Virus record (IMG/VR): IMGVR_UViG_3300032050_000004
Coordinates: 158,070-222,069 of that record
Strand: one strand, 5' to 3'
DNA length: 64,000 bases
Part shown: positions 9,942-20,188 of the stretch, one piece after another
Layout: every line of letters starts with the position of its first letter
Position numbering within the stretch: the first letter of the stretch is position 1
The notes under the pieces: model-generated
Databases searched by the model: none
What the model saw: the letters and a program-made list of their open reading frames with translations, nothing else
Told to the model about the DNA's origin: nothing
Made by a program: the position numbers and the translations under genes

Positions 9942-12900
9942 ATGTCAGATATTTCAAATCAACTTATTAAAGATTCATTTAATTATGTATTACAATCTGA
10001 TTTGGATACTGGTATTGTTTATAGAATTGGTGGTGACATTCCAGAAAACCCTCAATTTACATCAGGACTGACGGTTTCAAATGGTTTTAAATTCGAAGAT
10101 TCCCCACAAGATGGTTATTTTCTTAAATCTGATGCTTTCGGAAATGCTTCTTGGGCATTAGTAACAGGATCAGGTACTTCTGGATCAGCTGGTTCGTCAG
10201 GAAGAAACGGAAGTTCAGGCTCATCAGGAAGTTCTGGAATAAATGGTAGTTCAGGTTCTTCGGGCATAAATGGTAGCTCTGGTTCGTCTGGAACGTCTGG
10301 TACAAATGGAAGTTCCGGGAGTCGAGGTTCTAGCGGTAGTTCTGGTTCTTCTGGCTCATCTGGAACATCAGGTATCAATGGTCTTGATGGTTCTAATAGC
10401 TTAAGATGGTTTTATAGAACTGATCTAGAAGCTCCAAATAACCCCGGAAACCAAAATTTTATACTAAATGAAGTCAAGTTTAGTACTGTAACTAGAATTA
10501 GCATAAGTACACTAGATATAAACTCGAATGATTCATATGATTGGTTAGAGACTATTGATGTTTTAAAAAGGGTTACAGGAAACTTAGTTTATTTTAAAAT
10601 TACGAATGTCACAAATCCATCAAATTATGGATTATACACAATTGCTGGCTCTACAGATCATGGAACTTATTTTGATTTTGATCTTACTTTAATAAATAGC
10701 GATTTAAGTACCATACAAGGAGAACAATTCTCTATATCATATGTATTTAATGGATTAAATGGTACTTCAGGAACTTCGGGGGAATCTGGAAGTTCTGGAT
10801 CTTCTGGTGTATCAGGAACTGATGGTTCAGCTGGAACTTCTGGTACTTCTGGTACTTCTGGCAACAACGGAAATGATGGAACATCTGGTTCATCAGGAAT
10901 AAATGGTAGCTCTGGAATAAACGGAAGTTCTGGTATAAATGGTAGTTCTGGAGTTAATGGTAGTTCAGGTTCATCAGGAGGAGCAGGATTAAGTGGAAGT
11001 TCTGGATCATCTGGTGCAAACGGAAGTTCTGGTTCATCAGGTATTTCTGGAGAATCTGGTTCATCTGGTAGTTCTGGTACATCAGGATCATCTGGTACAG
11101 GTTTTACTGCCATTCAAAGTCCTGCTAATTATAGAGTATTAGTATCTGATAACACAACAGATACTGCAATTGCTCAATCTGGACTTACATATGATGGTCA
11201 ACAATTATATATTTCTGGCAATACATTTATTACAGGCACAATTTCAGCTACAACTTTTTATAGTTTAGTAGGTGATATAGAAAATTATGTCACAGTTGGT
11301 CTCAGTGGTAGTAATGTAGATTTTAATTCAATAAAATTAGCAGTCGATAGTATTACTGGAGCAACTGAAGATAATCCATGGGAAGTTAGAGTTTATCCGG
11401 GCTTGTACTACGAAGATCCAATTATTATGAAATCTTGGATCACAGTAAGAGGAAGCAATAGTACTGCAACAATTGTAGAAGCAAGTAATTCTGCGAATAC
11501 AGTTTTTTTCATGGCAGATCAATCTATGATTTCAGACATGCAAATTCAAGGTTCTACTGCTTCTGGAACATCTGCTATCATATATTCTTCTTCGACCACT
11601 CCACAATTAAATGCAATTTCATATGTAGAAAACGTCAGATTCGGCGAAAACTACACACACGCTAAAACAGTCGGTACTGGTGGTGGAAATTGCATAATGC
11701 AATGTTCTAATGTAAAATATGGTGGTTATCCTTTTACTATCGGCTTTGTAGTAACAAATGACGGTACTGGTATTGGCAGAATGCAACTAAGAAACGTCAC
11801 TTCAACTAATGGTGGTGTAACTACTACAACAGGATTGATTTTTGCAAAAGCTGATGCACCAAGCTGTGCTTTTATTGTTAATGGTTGTTTATTAACAAAA
11901 GCTGTCGGTGCTGCAGCTGGTACCGGTTTCTGGGTTGAAAATGGAGCTTCTTTAAGATTGACTGCTGTAAATTTCCAAAGATGGGCTACAGCTATTTATG
12001 CTCCTAATACAGGATCATCCCCTAGTATATATGGAAGTGCTTTAAATTTTGAAAATAACACAAAGGATATAATTGTAGAACATCCTTCAGCAACTGGACA
12101 TATAGATGGAGCTGATACATTTTTAAAAACCGAAATACCAATTAATGCTCCTTTATACGAAGTTAATCAAGACCCAAAAAGAATTATAGTTGCAAAAAAA
12201 GGAGGAGATTTTTCATCTATTAAATCTGCTGTAGATTGGATTACAGGAAGTTCTAGCAGTAATAGGTTTGTGGTTTCTGTCGGTCCGGGTGAGTTTTTTG
12301 AAAATGAAATTGATCTTACATCTAAACCTTATGTCAGTATTGTAGGTAGCAACATACAAACCACACAAATTTTTCCTAATTCTACTTCACAGCATATTAT
12401 AAAATTAGGAATAAATAATGAAATATCTTTTTTAAGTTTATCAGGTGCTGGTTCTAGTTATTCTGCTATATATGTTGACGATATAGGGGATTTTGCACAA
12501 GCTCACAAAATTTCTGTTTACGATTGTGATATAGGTGTATGGGTAAAATCTTCCACCCAAGACACAAAATTCTATGGTGAATACATGGATTTTAATGGAG
12601 ATTTTACCTATGGAGTTCGTGTAGATGCGACAAATTCATTTTCGGCATTAGCCAATATGGAAAACTATTATCTTTTTCCAACCTATGATAATGTGATTGG
12701 TAATAGTGCAGATGGTTTAGGTGCAAGACTTAATTTATACACAGGTGAATTTGAAGGTGCTCAATTGACTGGTTCTACAGCAATAAAACTTTCAGATCAA
12801 GCTGAACTTGAAGCTGGCAATTTAGATATTCAAGATTGGAATAAGTCGTTTGAAATTCCTAATTCCGGTGGTGGTCCAGTTGCTAGGATTGTAGGTTCAA

Positions 12901-14207
12901 TGATTCACAATTCTATCACCTACGATATTGAAATTCTAAACCCTGCTGCATCCTTTAGATATCAAGGTATATCTGATCATACTAAAATATATAATGTAAG
13001 CAATAATGTGTTTTGGAATTTTCTTGATGATGTAGATGGGGAAAATGATATTACAAGAAAAATATCAGTTACATTTTCAGATGGAACACATACGGATGCT
13101 TCAACATTAATTTTTCAAAGTAGTTCAATGGGCCTTCTAAACGGAGGTACAATTACAATAGTTAGTGGTTTAACAATAAACACCACATCAGGGTTTGGAT
13201 ATGTAGCAGATCAAATTGATAATAGTATTATAAAAAGATATGATTGGAATAATAATCAAATAACATTGTCTGCAAATACAAATAATTATATTTATATTTC
13301 CAATAATGGTTCTTTAGTCGCTAATTCTGGATTACCTGATCCATTCTATAGTATAATAATGGGTAGAGTTGTTACAAATTCAACAGGCATTGAATTAATT
13401 GATCAATCACCATATAATGCACAACATACAGCAAATTTATTATCTTCATTTAACAGGCAAGCACTTGGCCCAGTATTTTCAACTGGTTCAATTGTAACTA
13501 CTGGAACTACAGCATTTACATTGGATGTTAGTACAGGAAACTATTGGTTATCAGAAAATAATTTTTTACCTACAGGTGGAACATCAATAAATTTTACTCA
13601 GTATTGGAATAATGGATCAGGATTCACAACAAGTGCTACAACATATGTTAATAGTAGTCAATTCAATCCAAATCAAAATTCACTATCTTCTCTTACAAGC
13701 TCTTATTACACAAAACATACTTTGTATGTAGTTGGCGATGGAATAAATGAAGAATATTTTTTAGTTCTTGGTCAAAACGAGTATGCTACTTTAATTGAAA
13801 CAGAAGACGCACCTTTACCTATACCTCCCGATTTTTTTACAGATGGTGTAGTTTCTATAGCATCAATTTATATTAAAGATGGTGAATCAGGAATTGTTCA
13901 AATTGAAGATATAAGACCTGTAATTGGTTTTAAATCCAGTGGTGTAAATGCCACATCAGTTCATGGAAATCTTTTAGGTCTTACATCAGATGATCATCAA
14001 CAATACATTTTAGTTGATGGTGGTAGGCAGATGACAGGAGATCTTGGAATTGGTGGCTTTGATATATATAATATAAATCAAATAACTTCTACTGGCATTA
14101 CAACAAACACACTTAATGTAGCTAATTTATCTAATGATGAATCTCTAACGAGATATGTTGTTGTAGATGTTTCTGGAAACACATTTTATAAAAACGAAGG
14201 TCAGTAA
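9942..14207 (+). CDS. Large tail-fibre/tailspike-like protein with Gly-X-Y (Ser/Thr) repeats and two beta-helix-like domains; stops at an in-frame TAA
   Basis: GSS/GTS/GIN triplet blocks; two beta-helix cap motifs (DFNSIKLAVDSI...VYPGLY and DFSSIKSAVDWI...VGPGEF). Confidence 0.8.
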   Translation: MSDISNQLIKDSFNYVLQSDLDTGIVYRIGGDIPENPQFTSGLTVSNGFKFEDSPQDGYFLKSDAFGNASWALVTGSGTSGSAGSSGRNGSSGSSGSSGINGSSGSSGINGSSGSSGTSGTNGSSGSRGSSGSSGSSGSSGTSGINGLDGSNSLRWFYRTDLEAPNNPGNQNFILNEVKFSTVTRISISTLDINSNDSYDWLETIDVLKRVTGNLVYFKITNVTNPSNYGLYTIAGSTDHGTYFDFDLTLINSDLSTIQGEQFSISYVFNGLNGTSGTSGESGSSGSSGVSGTDGSAGTSGTSGTSGNNGNDGTSGSSGINGSSGINGSSGINGSSGVNGSSGSSGGAGLSGSSGSSGANGSSGSSGISGESGSSGSSGTSGSSGTGFTAIQSPANYRVLVSDNTTDTAIAQSGLTYDGQQLYISGNTFITGTISATTFYSLVGDIENYVTVGLSGSNVDFNSIKLAVDSITGATEDNPWEVRVYPGLYYEDPIIMKSWITVRGSNSTATIVEASNSANTVFFMADQSMISDMQIQGSTASGTSAIIYSSSTTPQLNAISYVENVRFGENYTHAKTVGTGGGNCIMQCSNVKYGGYPFTIGFVVTNDGTGIGRMQLRNVTSTNGGVTTTTGLIFAKADAPSCAFIVNGCLLTKAVGAAAGTGFWVENGASLRLTAVNFQRWATAIYAPNTGSSPSIYGSALNFENNTKDIIVEHPSATGHIDGADTFLKTEIPINAPLYEVNQDPKRIIVAKKGGDFSSIKSAVDWITGSSSSNRFVVSVGPGEFFENEIDLTSKPYVSIVGSNIQTTQIFPNSTSQHIIKLGINNEISFLSLSGAGSSYSAIYVDDIGDFAQAHKISVYDCDIGVWVKSSTQDTKFYGEYMDFNGDFTYGVRVDATNSFSALANMENYYLFPTYDNVIGNSADGLGARLNLYTGEFEGAQLTGSTAIKLSDQAELEAGNLDIQDWNKSFEIPNSGGGPVARIVGSMIHNSITYDIEILNPAASFRYQGISDHTKIYNVSNNVFWNFLDDVDGENDITRKISVTFSDGTHTDASTLIFQSSSMGLLNGGTITIVSGLTINTTSGFGYVADQIDNSIIKRYDWNNNQITLSANTNNYIYISNNGSLVANSGLPDPFYSIIMGRVVTNSTGIELIDQSPYNAQHTANLLSSFNRQALGPVFSTGSIVTTGTTAFTLDVSTGNYWLSENNFLPTGGTSINFTQYWNNGSGFTTSATTYVNSSQFNPNQNSLSSLTSSYYTKHTLYVVGDGINEEYFLVLGQNEYATLIETEDAPLPIPPDFFTDGVVSIASIYIKDGESGIVQIEDIRPVIGFKSSGVNATSVHGNLLGLTSDDHQQYILVDGGRQMTGDLGIGGFDIYNINQITSTGITTNTLNVANLSNDESLTRYVVVDVSGNTFYKNEGQ
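10168..10390 (+). repeat. Gly-Ser-Ser/Thr collagen-like coding repeat block 1
   Basis: Degenerate 9-nt periodic ggt-tca-tct/gga-agt-tct; boundaries approximate. Confidence 0.9.
10760..11100 (+). repeat. Gly-Ser-Ser/Thr collagen-like coding repeat block 2
   Basis: Same triplet repeat; boundaries approximate. Confidence 0.9.
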
Positions 14208-14490
14208 GGTGTATCTGGTTCTTCAGGTAGTTCGGGAAGTTCTGGTCAAAGTGGTAGCTCAGGTTCTTCTGGTAGTTCTGGATTTGATGGTAGTTCTGGA
14301 TCTTCTGGTATATCTGGAAGTTCTGGAAGTTCTGGCGAAAGTGGTAGCTCTGGAACTTCAGGGTTTTCAGGTTCATCTGGTTCTTCTGGTGAATCAGGTA
14401 GTTCAGGATCATCTGGTCAATCTGGAAGTTCAGGTTCATCAGGATCTTCAGGAGCAGCAGGAACTTCAGGTAGTTCCGGAACAAGTTCAA
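14199..14490 (+). repeat. Gly-Ser-Ser collagen-like coding repeat block 3 (spans the TAA)
   Basis: GQ*GVSGSSGSSGSSGQSG...; boundaries approximate. Confidence 0.85.
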
Positions 14491-14855
14491 CCAATATAGA
14501 TACTTTAAGCTTTACAGTAGACACTGGTGGTGCAGCAACAATAAGTTCAGGACTTAAATCTTTCGTCTATTTACCTTATAGCGGTACAATTCTGTCTTGG
14601 ACTATATTATCAAACAATTCAGGAAGTACCGAAATTGATATTTATAAAACAGATTATGCAAATTATCCACCTACATCAGGAGATACTATAATAAATTCAG
14701 GTTACCCAAATTTGAACAACAATATAAAAAATCAAAGTTCGAATTTATCCGGATGGAATTCAACAACATTCAATGAAGATGAAATTCTTGGTTTTTATGT
14801 AGTTTCAGCACAAACTTTAACAAGAGTACAATTAATTTTAAAAATTCAAAAATAA
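14208..14855 (+). pseudogene. In-frame C-terminal continuation (215 aa) of the 9942 gene after a premature TAA
   Basis: GGT CAG TAA GGT GTA TCT GGT: the same frame stays open through more GSS repeats and a globular domain (GLKSFVYLPYSGTILSWTILSNNSGSTEIDIYK) to TAA 14853-14855; no in-frame ATG. Confidence 0.8.
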
Positions 14856-14856
14856 A

Positions 14857-17235
14857 ATGGCAAAAGTAGCAGTAGAACATATTTTTACAGGATCGACCAC
14901 AGGTATAACAACCTACAATTCTGATTATACAATGATAGGTTCATTGTACAAACAATTTACAGGAGCAACCGCTCAAGATAATTACATAAGTCTATTGCCA
15001 ACAAGTATGGTAAATATAACTGATGTAGCAGGTTCCACATATGCATATCCATATGTTCACAAATGGTCGGATAATATATTCTGGGTTTTTATGGCAACCA
15101 CAGTTACTGCAGCCGCAACGAGACAATTCGGTTTATTTGAATATGACCTAAATGCCAACACAACAACTTGGAAAGGTTTTATAACATTGCAAGGAACACA
15201 ACTTGGCGGTAGTAAAACCGTAAGAGGGTTTAGGACTTATGTCTATGAAACAACAGGCGGAACAGTATCGGCAACCACATCTTCAACCATAACAGGGTCA
15301 GGAACAGCTTTTCAAACTGACAGGATTGCTGTCGGTGCAAGAATTGGATTCGGTTCAACCGACCCAACTCAAATATCCACTTGGTATGAAATTACAGCAA
15401 TTGCCTCAGACACAAGTTTAACCATAGGCAATACTGTTACAGTATCCGCAGGCTCATCTTATGTCATAGAGGAAATCAGGCTTTATTTTTTACAAACAAA
15501 TGCAACTATAAACAATGGTGGATTATATATAATAAAGGGTCTAAATTATTCAACATTCGCACTAGGTGGAAACAATATAACTGAATCAACAACAACAGAC
15601 AACATAAGGGCTTCATATCTATTGAAAGATTTTACACCTTCTACCGTAACTATATCTCAAGCTTCTCCGGGTGTTGTTACATTAGTTAGTCACGGATTGA
15701 GGCTGAATGATGCCGTTTTTTTTACAACCACAGGTGCCCTCCCAACGGGATTTGTTGCGAACACTACATATTATGTGACTTCAACTTCATTGGCTGCAAA
15801 TACTTTTACGCTTTCTGCAACGATAAATGGAGCACCTATTAATACAAGTACCGCAGGTTCCGGTGTCCATACTTTGCATTCAGCCATGAGTGTTTTAGGT
15901 GGTGGAATAGGTATGGATGAACCTGTAAGTGCAACAGAACATAATGTTTATTTATTGAATTCAGAAGTAACAAACACAACCGCCAGACTTGTAAAATACA
16001 ACGTTAAAGCTTCATTGACTCCAGCAAGTGCCAATGGAGCAACTGGGGCATTGTCATTGAGAACTACTCCGCTATTAGTTACAGGTACAATTTCACTATT
16101 GAACAACGGTAGGATAGTGGCAGTTCAACATGGATCCGCTTCAGGTATAAAAAGTTTTTATTTTGCAACCACAACGAGAATTTACAGATGTACGGAATCA
16201 ACAATTTTAGACAACTCTTCATCGTTTCTGAGTGATCAAATGATTGAGATTCCACCCGGAGGTCTTGCAAACGCCGCCTATAATTTATTGTCATCAATGG
16301 CTTCGGTTGATTATTCATCTACATTGGACAGGCTTTTGATTACCACGACTACACAAAGGTTTGGGGTTTACGCAGCTCAATACAACACAAGCGGAACACT
16401 TCCTTTTGACAAGATATTTGCCGCTAACTTAAACCGATACAAATTGGGTTATACACCTGTAGGTACCGTTGACGGATTATTCCCACAAGCGACTTTGACA
16501 CTTTGGAGTGAAGCAGGCTTGTTTTTTGCCGCACCTGTAACAACCACCTCGGGTTTAAATTGGCTTTTGATTTTCCCCGGGGGTGGTGATGGGTATTTTG
16601 CCACATATTCGAATGAAAGGGTAATTACACCAAAAATGGCAACTCCTAATGCTTCGAAACTTTATCGTGCATATGTTGAAAACTCGGATTATTTGGGAAC
16701 TTATCAATTGGGCTTCCCGCCTGACCCATTCAGGATTTTTTTCAGAACTGCAGGTATAGACGATAACACTGGTTCATGGACCGAAGTTCCTGAAAGCGGT
16801 GATTTGAGTTCGTTCTCGCCATCTACACACATACAGTTCATGCTGGAACTTGACACCTTGGGTGAAGCATGTGCCCCTACAAGGATATATGCTGTCACTT
16901 GCCTGTATGACGATTCTTCAACAGATGTGCATTATCAACCATCAATAAAATATTCAGATTACGTTAATAAGAGATTTGCTTGGTGGTTTGCGTTAGCTTG
17001 GGGTTCAACTGTTCCAACTTTAAGAGTCAGGCTATACGATGCAGTGACCAACAATTTACTGGTTGATGACAACACCGGTTCTCCAACAGGAACTTTTGAA
17101 AAATCAACTGATGGCGGTTCTACTTGGAGTTCATATGACAATACGGACCGAGCAAATACTACAACATATATAAGATATACACCTGCTTCTCTAGGTGACA
17201 ATATCAAAGTTAAATTCATTCTAACACAAAATTAA
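14857..17235 (+). CDS. Thr/Gly/Ser-rich beta-structured virion (tail fibre/baseplate-associated) protein
   Basis: 792 aa; ITGSGTAF and VTLVSHGL...LPTGFVANTTYYV...FTLSAT modules typical of phage fibre proteins. Confidence 0.65.
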   Translation: MAKVAVEHIFTGSTTGITTYNSDYTMIGSLYKQFTGATAQDNYISLLPTSMVNITDVAGSTYAYPYVHKWSDNIFWVFMATTVTAAATRQFGLFEYDLNANTTTWKGFITLQGTQLGGSKTVRGFRTYVYETTGGTVSATTSSTITGSGTAFQTDRIAVGARIGFGSTDPTQISTWYEITAIASDTSLTIGNTVTVSAGSSYVIEEIRLYFLQTNATINNGGLYIIKGLNYSTFALGGNNITESTTTDNIRASYLLKDFTPSTVTISQASPGVVTLVSHGLRLNDAVFFTTTGALPTGFVANTTYYVTSTSLAANTFTLSATINGAPINTSTAGSGVHTLHSAMSVLGGGIGMDEPVSATEHNVYLLNSEVTNTTARLVKYNVKASLTPASANGATGALSLRTTPLLVTGTISLLNNGRIVAVQHGSASGIKSFYFATTTRIYRCTESTILDNSSSFLSDQMIEIPPGGLANAAYNLLSSMASVDYSSTLDRLLITTTTQRFGVYAAQYNTSGTLPFDKIFAANLNRYKLGYTPVGTVDGLFPQATLTLWSEAGLFFAAPVTTTSGLNWLLIFPGGGDGYFATYSNERVITPKMATPNASKLYRAYVENSDYLGTYQLGFPPDPFRIFFRTAGIDDNTGSWTEVPESGDLSSFSPSTHIQFMLELDTLGEACAPTRIYAVTCLYDDSSTDVHYQPSIKYSDYVNKRFAWWFALAWGSTVPTLRVRLYDAVTNNLLVDDNTGSPTGTFEKSTDGGSTWSSYDNTDRANTTTYIRYTPASLGDNIKVKFILTQN

Positions 17236-17237
17236 AA

Positions 17238-17393
17238 ATGGCACTTGAAGATATTCTGGTTATGGAGGGGGACATAGCTGAACCAATAGAGGAAATAGGT
17301 CCCGGAACCCTAAATCAACCATTAGATCAGTTAACTGATGTAATGACGTTGAATGAACTCACTTTAGTTCTAGAGGCGAGTTTTTCCAGTTAA
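17238..17393 (+). CDS. Small acidic protein, 51 aa (below ORF-track cutoff)
   Basis: MALEDILVMEGDIAEPIEEIGPGTLNQ...; starts 2 nt after the upstream stop. Confidence 0.45.
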   Translation: MALEDILVMEGDIAEPIEEIGPGTLNQPLDQLTDVMTLNELTLVLEASFSS

Positions 17394-17396
17394 ATT

Positions 17397-17870
17397 TTAT
17401 CCTTTTCTTAAAAGCTTGGATAGTTGATCTTTTGTTAAGAAAATCTCATCATCTGCAGATTTTTCATCTAAAAATTTATTCTCAATTATCCTGTTTTTTA
17501 TTGGTTCTTCTTTTTGAGGAGCCACATTTACTTTGAGTTTGGTTTTTTCTTCCTCTACTTGTTCTTTTACAATTACTTGAACATTTTTGGAAGCTTTAAC
17601 AATAAAATCTGATGACCAAGGTTCAAAATATACATCATCAGCTATAACTTCGAGTCTCATTTTTCCTGAATTATTTTCAGATAAGAAGTTTTTTGTTTTT
17701 GGTATAGTAATTTCACAATTTCCCTCATCATCGATCTTTCCGTTGAACATATAATTTATATCATTGCATTCGATAATAATTCTTGCTTTAGACTTTGAAA
17801 GAGATGTCCCATCAACTTCTATATTACAAGAAAATTTATTTGGTTTATCTGTATATAATTTATAGCTCAT
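17397..17870 (-). CDS. Hypothetical protein
   Basis: 157-aa ORF coupled to 17870-18196. Confidence 0.7.
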   Translation of the reverse strand: MSYKLYTDKPNKFSCNIEVDGTSLSKSKARIIIECNDINYMFNGKIDDEGNCEITIPKTKNFLSENNSGKMRLEVIADDVYFEPWSSDFIVKASKNVQVIVKEQVEEEKTKLKVNVAPQKEEPIKNRIIENKFLDEKSADDEIFLTKDQLSKLLRKG

Positions 17871-18196
17871 TACAAATTGATTTTTATTGAAATTATTTTG
17901 TTTTCAGTTTTAAGTAGATCTAGATTACTAACGTTAATATTTATATCGGTATTTTTTATTTTAGTCAATTTATTTTCAAATTCCTCTTCTTCTGTTTTTA
18001 ATCTTGTTATTAATTTAATTAATATTTGTTTTTCATCATCGGTTAATTCCTGTTTTTTGTTCTTATCTCTATAAAAGGCTTTTTTTTGTTGATTAGATGA
18101 AATTAATTTTTGTATTACACAAAATTCTTTCCAAGTTAAAGAAGCATTTTCCCAAGAATATATAGCGTCTTCCCAGCTGTAACATATTGAAGCCAT
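17870..18196 (-). CDS. Hypothetical protein
   Basis: 108-aa ORF; TATTTAT at 18213-18219 on the minus strand. Confidence 0.65.
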   Translation of the reverse strand: MASICYSWEDAIYSWENASLTWKEFCVIQKLISSNQQKKAFYRDKNKKQELTDDEKQILIKLITRLKTEEEEFENKLTKIKNTDININVSNLDLLKTENKIISIKINL

Positions 18197-18274
18197 ACAA
18201 ATATTTCTTATAATAAATAGTAATAAAATTCATTTTTTTTTACTATTTATTATTAAATTTTAAAAAATAAAAAA

Positions 18275-18700
18275 ATGAAAATATCTAAATCTGATTTGGA
18301 ACAATTAATTAAAGAAGAAGCCATCAAAATGTTCCAAATTCAAAAACTTGAAGAAGCACAAAACAAAATTAATAATGAACTTCAATTAATTTCTGAGGGC
18401 AAAAAGAAAATGTCAGACGAAGAATTGAACGAACTTATAGCAGGTTTAAAAAGTGTTTTTGGTGCTGGGGCTAAAAAAGCTGGAGAAGCAATTGCCGGGG
18501 CTGGCGAAAAAGCAAAAGAATTAGGTGGTAAAATAGCATCTAAATATAAAGAAGGTGAGCAGACAGCAAAAATTGCTAAAATGGAAAAGCAAAGAGATGA
18601 AATAGTTGTTAAAATAAAACAATTAGCTGATCAATATAAACAATTGACTGGTAAAAGATATTCTATGATTGGACAGAAAATTTCTCCAGTTGTAGCTTAA
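18275..18700 (+). CDS. Putative head internal protein
   Basis: N-terminal DLEQLIKEEAIKM helix and LISE site; TATTTAT at 18244-18250. Confidence 0.6.
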   Translation: MKISKSDLEQLIKEEAIKMFQIQKLEEAQNKINNELQLISEGKKKMSDEELNELIAGLKSVFGAGAKKAGEAIAGAGEKAKELGGKIASKYKEGEQTAKIAKMEKQRDEIVVKIKQLADQYKQLTGKRYSMIGQKISPVVA

Positions 18701-18720
18701 TTTATATTAATCATATTTAG

Positions 18721-18754
18721 AAAGGAGATTATTCAAACTAATCTCCTTTTTTTT
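18721..18754 (+). terminator. Intrinsic terminator
   Basis: AAAGGAGATTA/TAATCTCCTTT hairpin followed by a T run. Confidence 0.8.
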
Positions 18755-18829
18755 ATTTTATATTTTTTTTGTTTTTAATTAAAAATTTTTTTAATTTTAA
18801 AAAATTACAATTAAATATATGTCTAACCT

Positions 18830-19390
18830 ATGCAAAATATTGATTATGAAGAGATAATTCAGAAACAAACACGACCCGGAAAAAAAATTAAAATAAATAA
18901 TAAATTAATTGATAATAAAAATATTTCCGTTGATATTGGTACAGTAGATAATAAAAATTGCCCTAAAACTGTTTATTTAAACATTAGTTTTTGGGTAGAT
19001 ATAAAAAATAGAGAAAATAAGGATTTCGATGAAGATTTCGATAGAAATATTTCAAAAGAATTTTCAAAACATTTGAAAAGAATTTACAAAAGTGATCTAT
19101 ATGATTTTCTTACAGATAATAGATTTTTCCCTTTTTATTATGAAAATATTTACTCTTTTGATTTTCCAGAAAATTTAAATTATAATAATAAAAAGAGCTT
19201 TGTTAGTATAGAAATTCATTTACACACAATTAATAATAATATCTATTCTAAAAACTTAAGTGATTATTATACTTTGAAGAATGATATAAAAAATGACTTT
19301 TTCTACGAATTAATAACTATAGCTAACATAGTTGGTAATAGTGACTTATTAAGAGAAAAAGAAAATTTCTATATTTCTAAAAAGAAATAA
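18830..19390 (+). CDS. Hypothetical protein upstream of the prohead protease
   Basis: 186-aa ORF. Confidence 0.65.
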   Translation: MQNIDYEEIIQKQTRPGKKIKINNKLIDNKNISVDIGTVDNKNCPKTVYLNISFWVDIKNRENKDFDEDFDRNISKEFSKHLKRIYKSDLYDFLTDNRFFPFYYENIYSFDFPENLNYNNKKSFVSIEIHLHTINNNIYSKNLSDYYTLKNDIKNDFFYELITIANIVGNSDLLREKENFYISKKK

Positions 19391-19440
19391 AATAATTATT
19401 GTTTTTTTTGATCTATTTATTGGTAATTAACAAATTATCA

Positions 19441-20094
19441 ATGAATAATCTCGATAATAAATATATTATTTCTGAATTTTTGGCAATCGATCCAGATGTA
19501 CAGAAAATAAATGAGGCTATTGCTAAAAATGAGCCTATAATCGTTCCATGTATTTTACAAAAAGCCAACACTCTGAACAGAAATGGTAGAGTTTATCCAT
19601 TCGATATTTTAAAAAGAGAGGTAGATAAATATCAGCAATTAGTAAAAGAGAGAAGTGCAATGGGTGAGTTGGATCACCCGGATTCTGCTGTTATTTCCCT
19701 AGCAAATGTATCTCACATTGTAACAGAAATGTCATGGAAAGGTGAGGTTTTATATGGAAAAATTCAGATCGCAGATACACCTGCAGGCGACACTGTGAAA
19801 GGTCTTTTAAAAAGTGGTATCAAATTAGGTATTTCATCTCGTGGTGTAGGTTCTGTAAAGAAAAACAGAGAAGATCAAGATGTTGTTCAGGAAGATTTTG
19901 AATTAATTGGTTTTGATATTGTTTCATCACCTTCAACACCCGGAGCTTATTTATTTAAGGAATCTAAGCAGTGGGGTATGAAAAAATTAATTGATTCTGA
20001 TACTAAATTAATTAAGACAGATGAGGTTAAAAATAAAATTAAAAACCTAAAAAATAGTTTGAGTAATTTATCTAAAGATAGTTTCTGGAACTAA
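19441..20094 (+). CDS. Prohead core protease (T4 gp21-like)
   Basis: LQKANTLNRNGRVYP, GELDHP, GISSRGVGS, FDIVSSPSTPGA; start moved to ATG 19441 because TATTTAT (19414-19420) lies inside the longer TTG-start ORF. Confidence 0.92.
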   Translation: MNNLDNKYIISEFLAIDPDVQKINEAIAKNEPIIVPCILQKANTLNRNGRVYPFDILKREVDKYQQLVKERSAMGELDHPDSAVISLANVSHIVTEMSWKGEVLYGKIQIADTPAGDTVKGLLKSGIKLGISSRGVGSVKKNREDQDVVQEDFELIGFDIVSSPSTPGAYLFKESKQWGMKKLIDSDTKLIKTDEVKNKIKNLKNSLSNLSKDSFWN

Positions 20095-20188
20095 TAATTA
20101 AAAAAATAAATTGAAAAAAATAAAAAAAATATAATTTATAAATTTTTTTTCTATTTATAACAAAATATCTATTATTTAAATAAATAAT

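Noticed and set aside
10115-11113. Pro/Glu/Asp-rich minus-strand ORFs (10115-10378, 10123-10305, 10667-11113)
   Set aside because: Antisense shadows of GSS repeats; these codons lack stops in the reverse frame
14131-14499. ORFs 14131-14490(-) and 14167-14499(+)
   Set aside because: Alternative-frame shadows of repeat block 3; the real coding frame is the continuation of 9942
19399-19440. TTG start for the prohead protease
   Set aside because: Extension spans the TATTTAT motif and AT-rich intergenic DNA; ATG 19441 fits better
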